Positions 25,002 through 35,978 of a stretch of DNA of 64,000 nt are shown here, one piece after another (position 1 is the stretch's first letter; every line of letters starts with the position of its first letter). The position numbers and the translations under genes are program-made. Below the pieces are notes generated by a model. That model did no database searches, was not told where the DNA came from, and saw only the letters and a program-made list of their open reading frames with translations. Source of the DNA: Microthyrium microscopicum (Eukaryota). Where the stretch lies: NCBI GenBank assembly GCA_010405405.1, contig MU004237.1, positions 1,995,345 through 2,059,344 of the forward strand, written 5' to 3'.

Positions 25002-27318
25002 ATGGTGCGCTTGTTCAAGGCCTTGGCCGCTCTTTTCGTCTCGTCCGTCGCGGCGCAGACATGCACAAACGCAACCACAGGACCAAGAAATGTCCAACAA
25101 ACAGTTCTGGTCTTCTCCATGGACGCATACTCAACTTACACTGCCACATCTGGTCTTAATGCCTACGGTATCCCATACCAAGTTGTGGTTGTCCCACAAG
25201 CAGGAATCACACTGCCAACCCTCAACTCATCACTACTTCAAGGCAACTATGGGTCCATCGTTGTTATGAACGAACTTTCATATGATTACGGTGGAACAGT
25301 CGGCTGGCAAAGCGCCCTCACAACTGATCAATGGGCTACTCTTTTCGCGTATCAAGTCGATTTCGGTGTTCGCATGGTGCGCATCAACGCCTATCCAACT
25401 ACTGAATTTGGTACTTGCAAACTTCCGTTCCACAAATAATTACTAACCACGAAAGGTGTTCAAACTGTAATTGATGGACAAGGTTGCTGTAACGCAGGAG
25501 TTGAACAACTCATGTACTTCACCGATACCAGTGCATTCCCAACTGCTGGTCTCTTGACGTAAGAAACATTCATCATGAGATGATATTGACTAACACTTCA
25601 TAGTGGCGCTACTGCTGGAGTTAGCACTCTTGGCAACTGGCATTATCCCGCTACAATTACCAACACAACATTGGCGAAACAAGTCGCAGCATTTGGCGCA
25701 AGTACAGATAACATGTTCAGCGCCGCGTCTACTGCTGCCGTCATAAACGACTTTGGCAACCGTCAACAAATGGTTTTCTTCATTGGTTGGGCTACTGATT
25801 GGTCTGAAACCTCCAACTTCTTGCAGCACTCTTTCATTCATTGGATGACCCGCGGCATGTGTAAGTAAAATTGAAACCGCTTGATAGTATCTCGACCTAA
25901 CTTTCAACAGATTCTGGGTTCCGTCGTGTGTTGTTCAACACTCAAATTGATGACATGCATTTAACCACCCAGCTGTACCAGAGCGACATCAACTTCCGCC
26001 TATCAGTTGCTGATTTGAACGGAATTGTAGCATGGCAAAAGAACCTTCAAGGTCGTCTTCCACTGGGTTCCAACTGGACTATTGAGATTGGCCACAATGG
26101 TAACGGCGACATTGACGTTTCAACCAATCAATACGATACTGCAAATCCCTCGAACTGCAACCCAGATACTGCCATTTACTATGATGACCAGCCAGATGTC
26201 ACGCCTGCCACTCTTGAGTTTGTCAAGCCTCTAGGAACTGGTCGCACGTGGTGGCCATCTACCCCAACCAGCTTCCAATGGACTCTGAAATGTGCGCTGA
26301 ACGATCCTATGGCTACCTGGTTCAACGTTGCCGCCAACCGTGATCAATTCATGCACATTTCCCATACCTTCACTCACTTGAACTTGGACAACTCAACCTA
26401 TGCTGATACCTCCAAGGAGATTTCATGGAACGTTGACTGGCTGAAGCTTGTTGGCATCTACAACGCCCTACACTTCTCGCCAAACGGTATCATTCCCCCA
26501 GCCATCACTGGTCTTCACAATGGTGACGCTATTCAAGCCTGGATGGACAACGGTATTACCCGCGTCGTTGGTGACAATACTCGCCCAATCCTCACGAACC
26601 CTATCAACGAGTACTGGCCATTGATCACCAATACAACCACCAATGGCCACGCTGGTCTTGTCGTCATGCCTCGTTGGTCGACCACGATCTTCTACGACTG
26701 CAACAACCAGACTTGCACTACCAACGAATGGATCCAGACATCCGCTGGTGCAGGTGGTTTCACTGATCTTCTTGCTGCCGCCAAGAACGAGCACGGCCGT
26801 CACGTCTTTGCTCTTCACCAAGATCCCTACATGTTCCACCAGGCCAACTTGATGAATGAGAACGCTCCAAGCTTCACTGTTGGCTCCCAAACTGGCAAGC
26901 TCTCTCTCATGTCCATCTGGACCGAGACCATCCTTCAAGAGGTCTACCGTCTAGTCAACTGGCCCATCCTCACCATCAAGCACGACGATCTCGCCACCGT
27001 CTTCCTCAACCGCATGGCTCGCGAGTAAGTACCTCTTATCCCATTTTCATCCAGAACACTTTGCTAACGAACCCTTCCAGCCAATGTGGATACAATCTTG
27101 CGTGGCAACACGACAGCACCAACACCCACATTATCAGCGCCGTCCTCACCTCCAACGGCAACACCTGCAGTGCGCCTGTACCTGTCACATTCCCAGGTCC
27201 AGCCACAGCCAGCGTAGCCTCAACAGCCGAGCAGATCGGTAACGATCCCTTGACACTCTGGGTCAAGCTTACCGGATCACCAATCACGTTCACGCTAACA
27301 ACACCCATTGCGATCTAA
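25002..27318 (+). CDS. agd3: Secreted Agd3-like polysaccharide (GAG) deacetylase, CE18 with N-terminal CBM87-like domain, ~706 aa
   Basis: Exons are 25002-25410, 25456-25558, 25604-25860, 25911-27024 and 27081-27318. There is a signal peptide and the motifs GFRRVLFNTQIDDMH, IGHNGNG, SHTFTH, IIPPAITGLHNGD, VGDNTRP, MPRW and YMFHQANL, which match the Agd3 family. It is adjacent to gtb3. Confidence 0.9.
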
Positions 27319-28355
27319 AGCTAATGAAAAAGTTCGGGTGGTTCAAAATGGAGAAATTTAAAGTAGACGCGTTTTGAGGAGCGAAATGGAAGTATCAAGG
27401 CCCAGATGAGCAATTTTTGTGGAGTGTATTTGTAATTATATATACTTTGCAATATCAACCTATAGAGGGTTTTTCATGTACAATGTTCTTCTCTGTAACG
27501 GAACTTGGGAATGTGGTGCATTTGGCAGATGTCGTCTTTAGCGAAGTGTTCTTTCCAGTCATGAGCCAGGAGGTGTGTGTGTATGGCATTTAATGTTATT
27601 GAACCTTTATTATCATATGTTGTAATAGCCAACCAATTAAGCATTGGCGAATAGTTTTCACTTGTTCTACAAAGCTATAAGCGTCGTGAGGAATATCTTG
27701 CTTTTCATGAAACCGTACCGTCAACAGGCATTTCACTGACGGATATCTGTAGAAATATTGAGCCGTCTACTCGACCTTCCTCCCTCGACTCTGGAAATTG
27801 TTCATTTTCGAGTTTTGCTAACTCTTGACTTCTTCTGAATCATCTTTAGGGAGTTCAAAGATTGCGGTATTCTCTTAGACGCCTAATGCATTTGAAAAGC
27901 TAAGAATACCATTTTATTGAAACGCTGAACCATTAAGGAATTCATCCTAAACGAGTGTTAGACAACAAAATCAGAAAACTTATGGCAAAACTCATTATAT
28001 CAAGGTTTACTTTAAAGTAAGCTAAGTACCTTCTATTATAAGGAGGCATAAAGAGGGAAGGTTTGGTGCTCCTTCGGTTCAGAGGCATATCTACCAACGT
28101 AGCTTCGTAAAGAAGTAATCTAATCCTTAGCATTAACTATCTGTCGTACTTTCTATAAACATTCTCTTTGAATAGCTGCCTATGGCATTTCTTTTCTAAC
28201 CCCGCACTAAGTATTGCTACCTTGATGGTCAAGTATATCTTCAACTTTTCGCTCACTTATCCTTCTATCGTGCAAGTTTCTTCATAGCCGACCTTCTTTA
28301 TACAAGTCATTCCTTTCGCTACTTAGCAAAATCAGTCGTTTCGAGGTCAAGCAAA

Positions 28356-29174
28356 ATGAATAGCAATCTGCAAGCACAACAAGCATATTCTCCAACTTCA
28401 CAGTCAACACCGCAGCGGTCGGCTGTAGCACATACAGCGACCACTCCGATACCAACGACCCCAGCACCTACGACGCCAAACCAAAGGTAGGGAAATGATG
28501 TCAAAATAGATATTGTACTCAATCACTAACTCGATTATAGTATCTGGGACACGGTATATTCGCAAGGCCTTGAGCGAAGTGTCAACAACCCAGCAACGCC
28601 CGGCAGCCTTCCAACCATAACGTGAGCTGATTTCATGGTAATATGGATATACGATACTAATCAACGTTTTAAGTCCTCCTACGCCTCAGGAGCGCCGACT
28701 ACGACGGTGGAATCGCCCATCCGGACTTCGCACCATCTTGAGCAGAGCCATTTATGATCGTGATGAGCTCGAAGCTACATGTCCAGTGGAGCTTAGACGT
28801 GGTGCCGGAAAATGCACGCGCAAAACGTGCCACGCCCGATTCCACCTCTGCGCAAACTTTCAGCACGGAGAGTGTATTCATAACACCTGGCGACACGATG
28901 AGCCGTTGACACAGCAACTGACTCGACTTGCAACAGCAAACAAAAAGATGGAGCAGTCCTTCCAAGCTGGAGGACGCCGAGTTGGTGAGGTGAACTCGGT
29001 TAAGCGTGTTCTCATTCATACGAAGCGAACTTGCACATCAATCTTGAATTCGTATGTCTAATTGAATGTTTTGTGAGATGATTCATACTGACAATATCAT
29101 ACAGTGTCAAATGCGAAGACGGAGATGACTGTCCTCGGGGACACGACCATCCCGCTGTGAGACGATCGCTATGA
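28356..29174 (+). CDS. CCCH-type zinc-finger protein, ~219 aa, with a P/T/Q-rich disordered N-terminus
   Basis: Exons 28356-28486, 28541-28621, 28674-29051 and 29105-29174 splice in frame. The spliced C-terminus forms a canonical C-x8-C-x5-C-x3-H (CTSILNSVKCEDGDDCPRGH), preceded by variant Cys/His fingers (TCPVEL...C...C...FHLCANFQHGEC). Confidence 0.72.
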
Positions 29175-29460
29175 TGAAAAAAGCAGAATTTGATGCTGGG
29201 AAAGTGCGGGAATTGACTATGACGAATTAACATGATGAATGACTCGATATAATGAGCAGGTTGAGTGAACTTCAAGTACCTGTTAGCGAGGCTGAAAAGC
29301 TAATGCACCGAGGCATTGGAATGGGTTGGGTTTGGCGGGGATTCGGACCATATAACTTATGACTGTAAACATATCTCAAGAGATGCAGTCCACAATAACA
29401 ATTGTACTTTACCGACTTGTGTATTTTCGAACGGACTTGAATATATCCGACAGCTAAATC

Positions 29461-30909
29461 ATGCAATCCATCAACCGTGTAATTCCAGACCGGTCGAAAC
29501 TATCAACGACCAATATCATCACCGAAGTATGGGCAAGCTTGGGACTACCTGCATCAGCCTTATCCTCAGTCCACCTGCCTGGTGATGGACCAGGTCTACT
29601 ATCATCATTCAAAGTAGGCCAGCTTGCTCAAAGTACAATCGCTCTCTCCGGCCTATCCGCAGCACTAGTCCACGCAGCCCGTAATAGGTTTCCAACAGTC
29701 CCCACGGTTACTGTACCTCTACAGCACGCCTGTGCGGAATTCAACTCTGAAAAACATCTCTGCATCAATGGAAAACCAAAAACTCACATATCGTACCCAA
29801 TCGGTGGCCTCCACAGGAGCAGTGATGGCTGGGTCCGCATCCACGATGGCTTCCCACACCACCGCCAAAACGCACTCGCCCTCCTAAATGTACCGCGAGA
29901 TAGCAGCAAGGCCACCATCGACGCCGCAATCTCGACCTGGAAAGCCAAAGATCTCGAAGAGCAAGGCATGAAAAATGGCTGCGTGATCGCCGCCCTCCGC
30001 TCCTTCGAAGAATGGGACACCACACCCCAAGCAGCCGTCCTCCCTGATTTGCCGATAAAACTCACGAAACTACCCACCAACACACCCAACCACCCACGTA
30101 GAAGTCTGGCCAGCGGAAATACAAAATGCCTCGAAGGAATCCGCGTGCTCGACTTCAGCCGTGTCCTCGCCGCTCCCATCGCCGGCCGCACCCTAGCAGC
30201 TCACGGCGCTGACGTCCTCTGGATAACCGCACCACACCTCCCTGACCTACCGGAATGTGACCGCGATACGGCGCGCGGGAAACGTAGTGTACAGCTCGAT
30301 CTGTGCAATGTCGCTGATAAGCAGAAGTTCTATAAACTGCTGGAAGATGCTGATGTGGTACTACAAGCCTATAGGCCAGGTGCTTTGGCAGGATTGGGAC
30401 TGAGCACAGAGGAATTGGTGAAGAGGAATCCGAGTCTTGTGGTGGCGAATCTAAGTGCGTGGGGGACGGAGGGTGAGTGGAAGGGAAGAAGGGGGTATGA
30501 TTCGATTGTGCAGACTGCGACGGGGTTGAATGTAGCAGAGGGACAGGCGGCTGGGGAGGAGGCGAGGGTGTTGCCGTGTCAGGCGTTGGATCATGGGAGT
30601 GGGTATTTGTTGGCTACGGGGATTGCAGCTGCGTTGTATAGAAGAGAGGTGGAAGGAGGTTCTTGGGTGGTTGAAGTGAGTCTTGCTGGGACGGGTCGAT
30701 ATCTGAGGAGTCTGGGACGGCATGAGGGAAGGAGTGGGTTTGACGTCGAGAATTTGGCTGAGGATGACTTGAAGGGGTTGTTGGAGACAAAAGAGAGTGG
30801 GTTCGGAAGTTTGACTGCTCTGAAGCACTCTGTCAGTATTCAAGATGTCAGTGTTGGCTGGGAGGTAATGCCAAAGCCGTTGGGGTCTGACGAAGCACGA
30901 TGGTTATAA
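29461..30909 (+). CDS. Family III (CaiB/BaiF-type) CoA-transferase
   Basis: Intronless 482-aa ORF with LEGIRVLDFSRVLAAPIAGRTLAAHGADV, GKRSVQLDL, ADVVLQAYRPG and the active-site Asp in RRGYDSIVQTATG. Confidence 0.92.
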   Translation: MQSINRVIPDRSKLSTTNIITEVWASLGLPASALSSVHLPGDGPGLLSSFKVGQLAQSTIALSGLSAALVHAARNRFPTVPTVTVPLQHACAEFNSEKHLCINGKPKTHISYPIGGLHRSSDGWVRIHDGFPHHRQNALALLNVPRDSSKATIDAAISTWKAKDLEEQGMKNGCVIAALRSFEEWDTTPQAAVLPDLPIKLTKLPTNTPNHPRRSLASGNTKCLEGIRVLDFSRVLAAPIAGRTLAAHGADVLWITAPHLPDLPECDRDTARGKRSVQLDLCNVADKQKFYKLLEDADVVLQAYRPGALAGLGLSTEELVKRNPSLVVANLSAWGTEGEWKGRRGYDSIVQTATGLNVAEGQAAGEEARVLPCQALDHGSGYLLATGIAAALYRREVEGGSWVVEVSLAGTGRYLRSLGRHEGRSGFDVENLAEDDLKGLLETKESGFGSLTALKHSVSIQDVSVGWEVMPKPLGSDEARWL

Positions 30910-30967
30910 CACATCATTGTCCGCGGTAAGTGATAAGCTATTTACAACACGCATGATTTAAGCTCTA

Positions 30968-32336
30968 TCATATCATAGCCTTTCCGAACTTGCCTATGGC
31001 AGTCTTACCCAACATATACTTCTCTTCATCTGGCAAACTATTCCACTGTCTCTTCAGAAGGGCCTCGTCCGCTCTCCATCTCTTCAACTCATCACCAATC
31101 CAATCAGCAGCATATCCCGCTGTCTCCATAACCTTGATCATAGGAATCAAGTGGCCAACATTTTTGACCACGACCTCTTTCACTCGCCCGGCCTTTTCAC
31201 CACCACTCCCTCCCAGGCCCGTTCCTGTAGCCGCCATCTTATCCGCCCTCAAGTCTGGCGCACTCAGATCGCTCTCGTCCCCAAAGACATACAAAACACT
31301 CGGCCTCACAAAGGGCAGCGATGCGAAAATCTGTATCGGCTCTGGTCGATAAAACCCCCAAGTCGCCTCCCAACCGCCACCAACAAAGTCCGGGTATAGA
31401 AGCGCTTCCACCCGCTTCTTCTCCGCCACTGTGAAGCCAGCCCTACTAGTATCTTTGCCCGTCTCCCGCAGAAACGTGAAGACCTCCTGATGCTTGCTCG
31501 TGGTCAACGTAACTCGAGGATCACCACGTTCGGCCGCCGGATGAACCTTCGTCGGCAAGTCTCGCAAGCCATGCTGTTCCCACAGCGCAAGAACGCGTGG
31601 ATCCCAGGTCTGGTAGAATTTGCTGCGCGCAAAACCTGCATGCGCGTCATTTCGTGAAGGCCAAATATCGCGTCGGCGAGATGATGCTTGAGCTGGCCCG
31701 CCGGTTCCGCGCGGCGAAGTGAAGCGCTGCATGACGGGGTCAATGAGAATGAGAGAAGAGAGAAGGCGAGGATGGTTCAGAGAAAGTTGCACGAGGTGGG
31801 CGCCGCCCATGCTGTGACCTACGCCAATGATGGGACGAACAAAGGAAGATCGGAAGTGGTTGACAAGGCCAAGCAGGTCGCGCGGATGATCGAACCATGA
31901 TGCTAGAATGAAGTTAGTGCTGAAGAAGGAACCGAGAACTTTGGGGAACGAACGGTCATTGCCGAGAAGGTTTTCGTTTATCACGCTGCTGTGGCCTTGA
32001 TGGGCAACGTCGGCGATCCAGATGTTGCGGATGCGGAAGCCTTTGGCTTTTGAGAGCTTGAAGAGTTCATCCCAGAGAGGTTCATATAGTTCCTTGTGAT
32101 ATGGTCAGTACCTTTGAAATCGTAATTGTTGGTTACCATACTTTGGGAAAGGCATTCGCATGACCTCCTAATATTGTAAGGTCTCCGTCTTTGGGATTGA
32201 GGTTATCTAGAGGTGTATATTGCTTGACTGCGAGGCGAAGCACATCTTCTTGTCTATTCGCGGTCGCATATGGAAACTCGCGAATATGTTGTGCAGGTAT
32301 GACATGCTCTGTGACTTTAAAGAAAGAGGTCGACAT
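30968..32336 (-). CDS. Alpha/beta hydrolase (Abhydrolase_6 / Lpx1-like)
   Basis: Exons are 32336-32142 and 32092-30968. Motifs: HANAFPKELYEPLWDEL, nucleophile elbow GHSMGG, LILIDPV, RRDIWPSR, and the catalytic His in VGHLIP. Confidence 0.88.
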
Positions 32337-33244
32337 AATAATCGATAAGAGATATTGATCCCCTCGTCCTCGTCACTACGATTTGGTACTGGATGGGTTG
32401 AGTGGCGTAGCTCGTGTCTACCAGTCTCCCTAGCTCTTTTATTGACTCAAAATTGATGATTATTAGTCAATATATCTCCCAAATCACTCTTTTCGCTTTT
32501 CGGCCACCAGGAGATGTAGTTGTTGTATGAGGATTGTTGGTTGAAGTTGAAGGGCGGGCTGGGCCGAGGTCCCATCAGATGGAAGGCATCATCGGCAATT
32601 GGCTGTTCACTTTCAGTCAACATCACTTGATGATTTTAAGTCCATCCGCCATCACTTTGGACAACGGGGTTATCAGATGTGTCCCTCAAAACTGAAACCA
32701 GTGCTGAGAATGGCGAAGTACCCTAAATCCAGGTGGAGTTGGAGGAGTTCAACGTCGCATCAACTAATGATACGCACTTGCTCCATACTATCAACCACCA
32801 TCTTTTACAACTCCATTCGAGGACCTCATTTCATCAGACATTCTAATCTCTAATGTGTAAAGTGTGAGAAAGCTTGATACCTTATCAAAGGCAACACACA
32901 ATCTTTAGGAATGTGCGCCCCGGCGATGATACAGAGCTTGGAGAAAACAGCCTCAAACAAATCGCATCCCGCGCACATGAGTCCGCCTAAGTTACCCAAG
33001 AGACTCAAACCAGTTATCTTTGTAACCATTTCGTCGGTACAGTAGACTTCGCTGGCTTCTTTGTGCACCTGCATGAGTTGTGTGCAACTGCCAACGCCCG
33101 ACAGCTTCTTTCCCCGCTCAAAACAGCGATTCATATTTGATTCCTAGCCTTACCGCAAGATATACAATACATTCGTCCTCGTCTCATCCACTATAGTCCC
33201 AAGTGTCTCTGTGAAATACTTAGTATCAGTTTTTGAGTTCCAGA

Positions 33245-35163
33245 ATGGCCGACAACGATCAATCATGGCTCAGTGTCTGGACGTTGGTGTATGCCTATCT
33301 GATTTACCAGACCTTGTTGTTTGTATATCGGATAACTTTCCATCCACTGGCAAAGTTTCCCGGCCCAAAGCTGGCCGCCATGAGCACTATGTATGAGTTC
33401 TGGTTTGATGGCATCAAAGGCGGGAAATATACACAAGAGGTTGCGCGAATGCACAGTCAATACGGTTTCGACTCTAACTAGCTTCCAAACTCATGCTCTG
33501 TATTAACCACTAGCCAGGTCCAATAATCAGAATCGGCCCAGAACAACTACACTGTAACGATCCCGCCTTCACAGACAAAGTCTACCCTGGTGGCCGAGCG
33601 AAAAGAGACAGATTCCAATGGGCAGTGGCAGCTCATGGTCCAGTGTAAGTTTTCTCTTCTATCAATTTGAATGTATCAGAACTGATCATAATTACACAGA
33701 TTGGGCATAGTAGGACGACTTTCTCAGATTCAATTCTCATGCTTACTTCTTATGACTAGTCCATCTTCGGCACTATAGATCACAACCTCCACCGCAAAAG
33801 ACGCGCTCCACTCAACACCTTCTTCTCCAAAGCCTCAATCTCCAAACTTGAAACACTCATCCACCCACTCAGCCACCGTCTCTGTGACATCCTGCTCGCT
33901 CGCGCAGGCACTGGTGAGCCAGTTAATGTGAATGATGCGTATAGTTGCTTTTCGAGCGATGTCATTATCACGTACTGCTTTGGACAGCCGGGTGGGTTTC
34001 TGGATAAGGATGACTTTGATAATGGAATTAGGGAGGGGATACATATTACGCTGGCTACGTTGCCGTTGTTAAGGCAGTGGCCGTGGATTCGGCTGATCTA
34101 TGGAGTTTTGCCAAAGTAAGCTATAGGCGTGATGGGGACTAGGGGAAATGGGCTGATGAGTTTGTTAGGTTATCACTGCGTGCGAGAGCGCAGGGTATGA
34201 ATACGTTCTTGACTTATATGGGGCAGTCTGTACCGAGTCATGTAAAGTCAGGTCTAGCCGGTGCGGTTGAGAAGGGGGAACAAGATTCTCGTCTCTATCG
34301 CAGGAGCATTTTCAATGAGTTACTGGATAGTAATCTACCAGCCGAGGAGAAGTCCGAAAGAAGGCTTCTGGCCGAGGCGCTGAACATGATTGGAGCTGGA
34401 ACAGAAACAGTTGCTTGGAGTAAGATATCATTCAACAAACTAGACAAACAGCTAATCGTTCCAGCTCTATCGGTTGGAACATACCATCTTCTAGCAAAGC
34501 CCGAGATACTGCACAAGATCAAGACAGAGCTGGACACAATCGTCACCGACCCCAATGACCTACCAGCCTGGTCAGTCCTGGAACAACTTCCCTATCTGAT
34601 AAGTTTGACCCCAATCCTTCTTATTCATTTACCAATTATATCCCACAGTGCCATCATAAAAGAAATCCTCCGTCTCTCCTACGGCGTCGCCACGCGAATA
34701 GCACGCAGCGCTCCAGACGAAGCCCTCCAATACACCGGCACCTTCAAATCAAACCCTATATCATGGACAATCCCAACCGGTACAGCAATTAGTATGACAA
34801 CTGCAATAATGCACCACGATGAGTCCATCTTTCCAGATTCTCACGAATTCATTCCGGAGCGCTGGCTGAAAGATGATGGCACGCGAAGAATGGATCTAGA
34901 TAAATATCTCCTTAGCTTCAACAAAGGCAGTCGACAATGTATTGGCATCAAGTAAGTTTCACTACAAATTTCATGCCTCCCAGACTGACTGGCACAGCCT
35001 TGCATATTGTGAACTGTATGTTGCGCTCACAGCGTTGATTTTGAAAGTATTTCCGCGCTTAGAGCTGTTTGAGACGACGGAAGCAGATGTCAAGTATGAC
35101 CATGACATGTTCGTGCCAATGCCATACAAGGGATCAAAGGGAGTGAGAGTGCTGGTCAAATAG
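33245..35163 (+). CDS. Cytochrome P450 monooxygenase (trichodiene-oxygenase-like class)
   Basis: Motifs: N-terminal TM, HPLAKFPGPKLAA, AGTETVAW (I-helix), EILRL (ExxR), FIPERW, and heme motif FNKGSRQCIG. It is multi-exon, including a probable 10-nt exon (33700-33709) and one non-canonical intron (34599-34646). Confidence 0.9.
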
Positions 35164-35978
35164 CTCAGTAGAAGATATAGGGTATAGGAGAAAGTAGTCG
35201 GTGAAAGAGGCGAATGGACGAGGAGTCAAATTTGATTTCATGAACGGGAGATAGTTTGAAGAATTTGCCATGGTCATTGCCAGTAGATCCACGGATGAGA
35301 AATCACGATATCAAGTCCGAAAATGTCAGAGAAATGCTCAATTCGCTGAATCTCTATCCATTAAGCCTAAAGACTAAAAGCCAGGCCGCCCATGGTATCA
35401 TCGCAACATCTTTTCATCCAATCCATGCTAAGAAGTGTATCCCCATCTACAGCAACCAACAACCAATTCATCCACCTGCGAGGCGGCCATGCCCATTAAG
35501 TTTTTGGACCTTTCAAAAGCTAGATCGGTGCAATGGTAATGTTGACAAGATGGATGGCGCTTAGCAGCTATTAGCCACAAAAGGCATGCGAAATGATGTT
35601 TGAGGCCCGCATATAATCGCCACAGGCCAAAAGCTAAATGTAGATGAAACCATCCCAGTCCCCCATGATGGTTGGGACATATTTTGTAGAAAACGCCAAA
35701 CAAAGAAGACCGCTCGCAATGCTGATGCAAATCGTAATCATAGGGAAGGCAGTGACTGTGACCTTCCAAATTCGGCAGTGTATTATACAAAAAATCATTT
35801 CATGCGCCGTCAGAAGACTCCTGTAATTTTTTGGATGGGGGGTATCTCGCGACTCCCAAACATTGGTGTAAACAAAGTACCACAAAACGCCGTTGATGAT
35901 GGATATCTTTGAGATAATGGCAGAATGGATACAAGGGTGTAATATGTCGTGAGAGAGATTGAAAAGCAATTCGCCAAC

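Noticed and set aside
27860..28210. Mildly TpA-rich patch with a short inverted pair (GGTATTCT/AGAATACC)
   Set aside because: Too short and degenerate to call a TE relic without a genome-wide search.
30968..30980. PTS1 signal on the alpha/beta hydrolase
   Set aside because: The C-terminus is -AMI, which does not fit the PTS1 consensus well.
35428..35969. Hydrophobic minus-strand ORFs downstream of CHD1
   Set aside because: They lie in the expected CHD1 3' UTR, have non-ATG starts and show no recognisable family.
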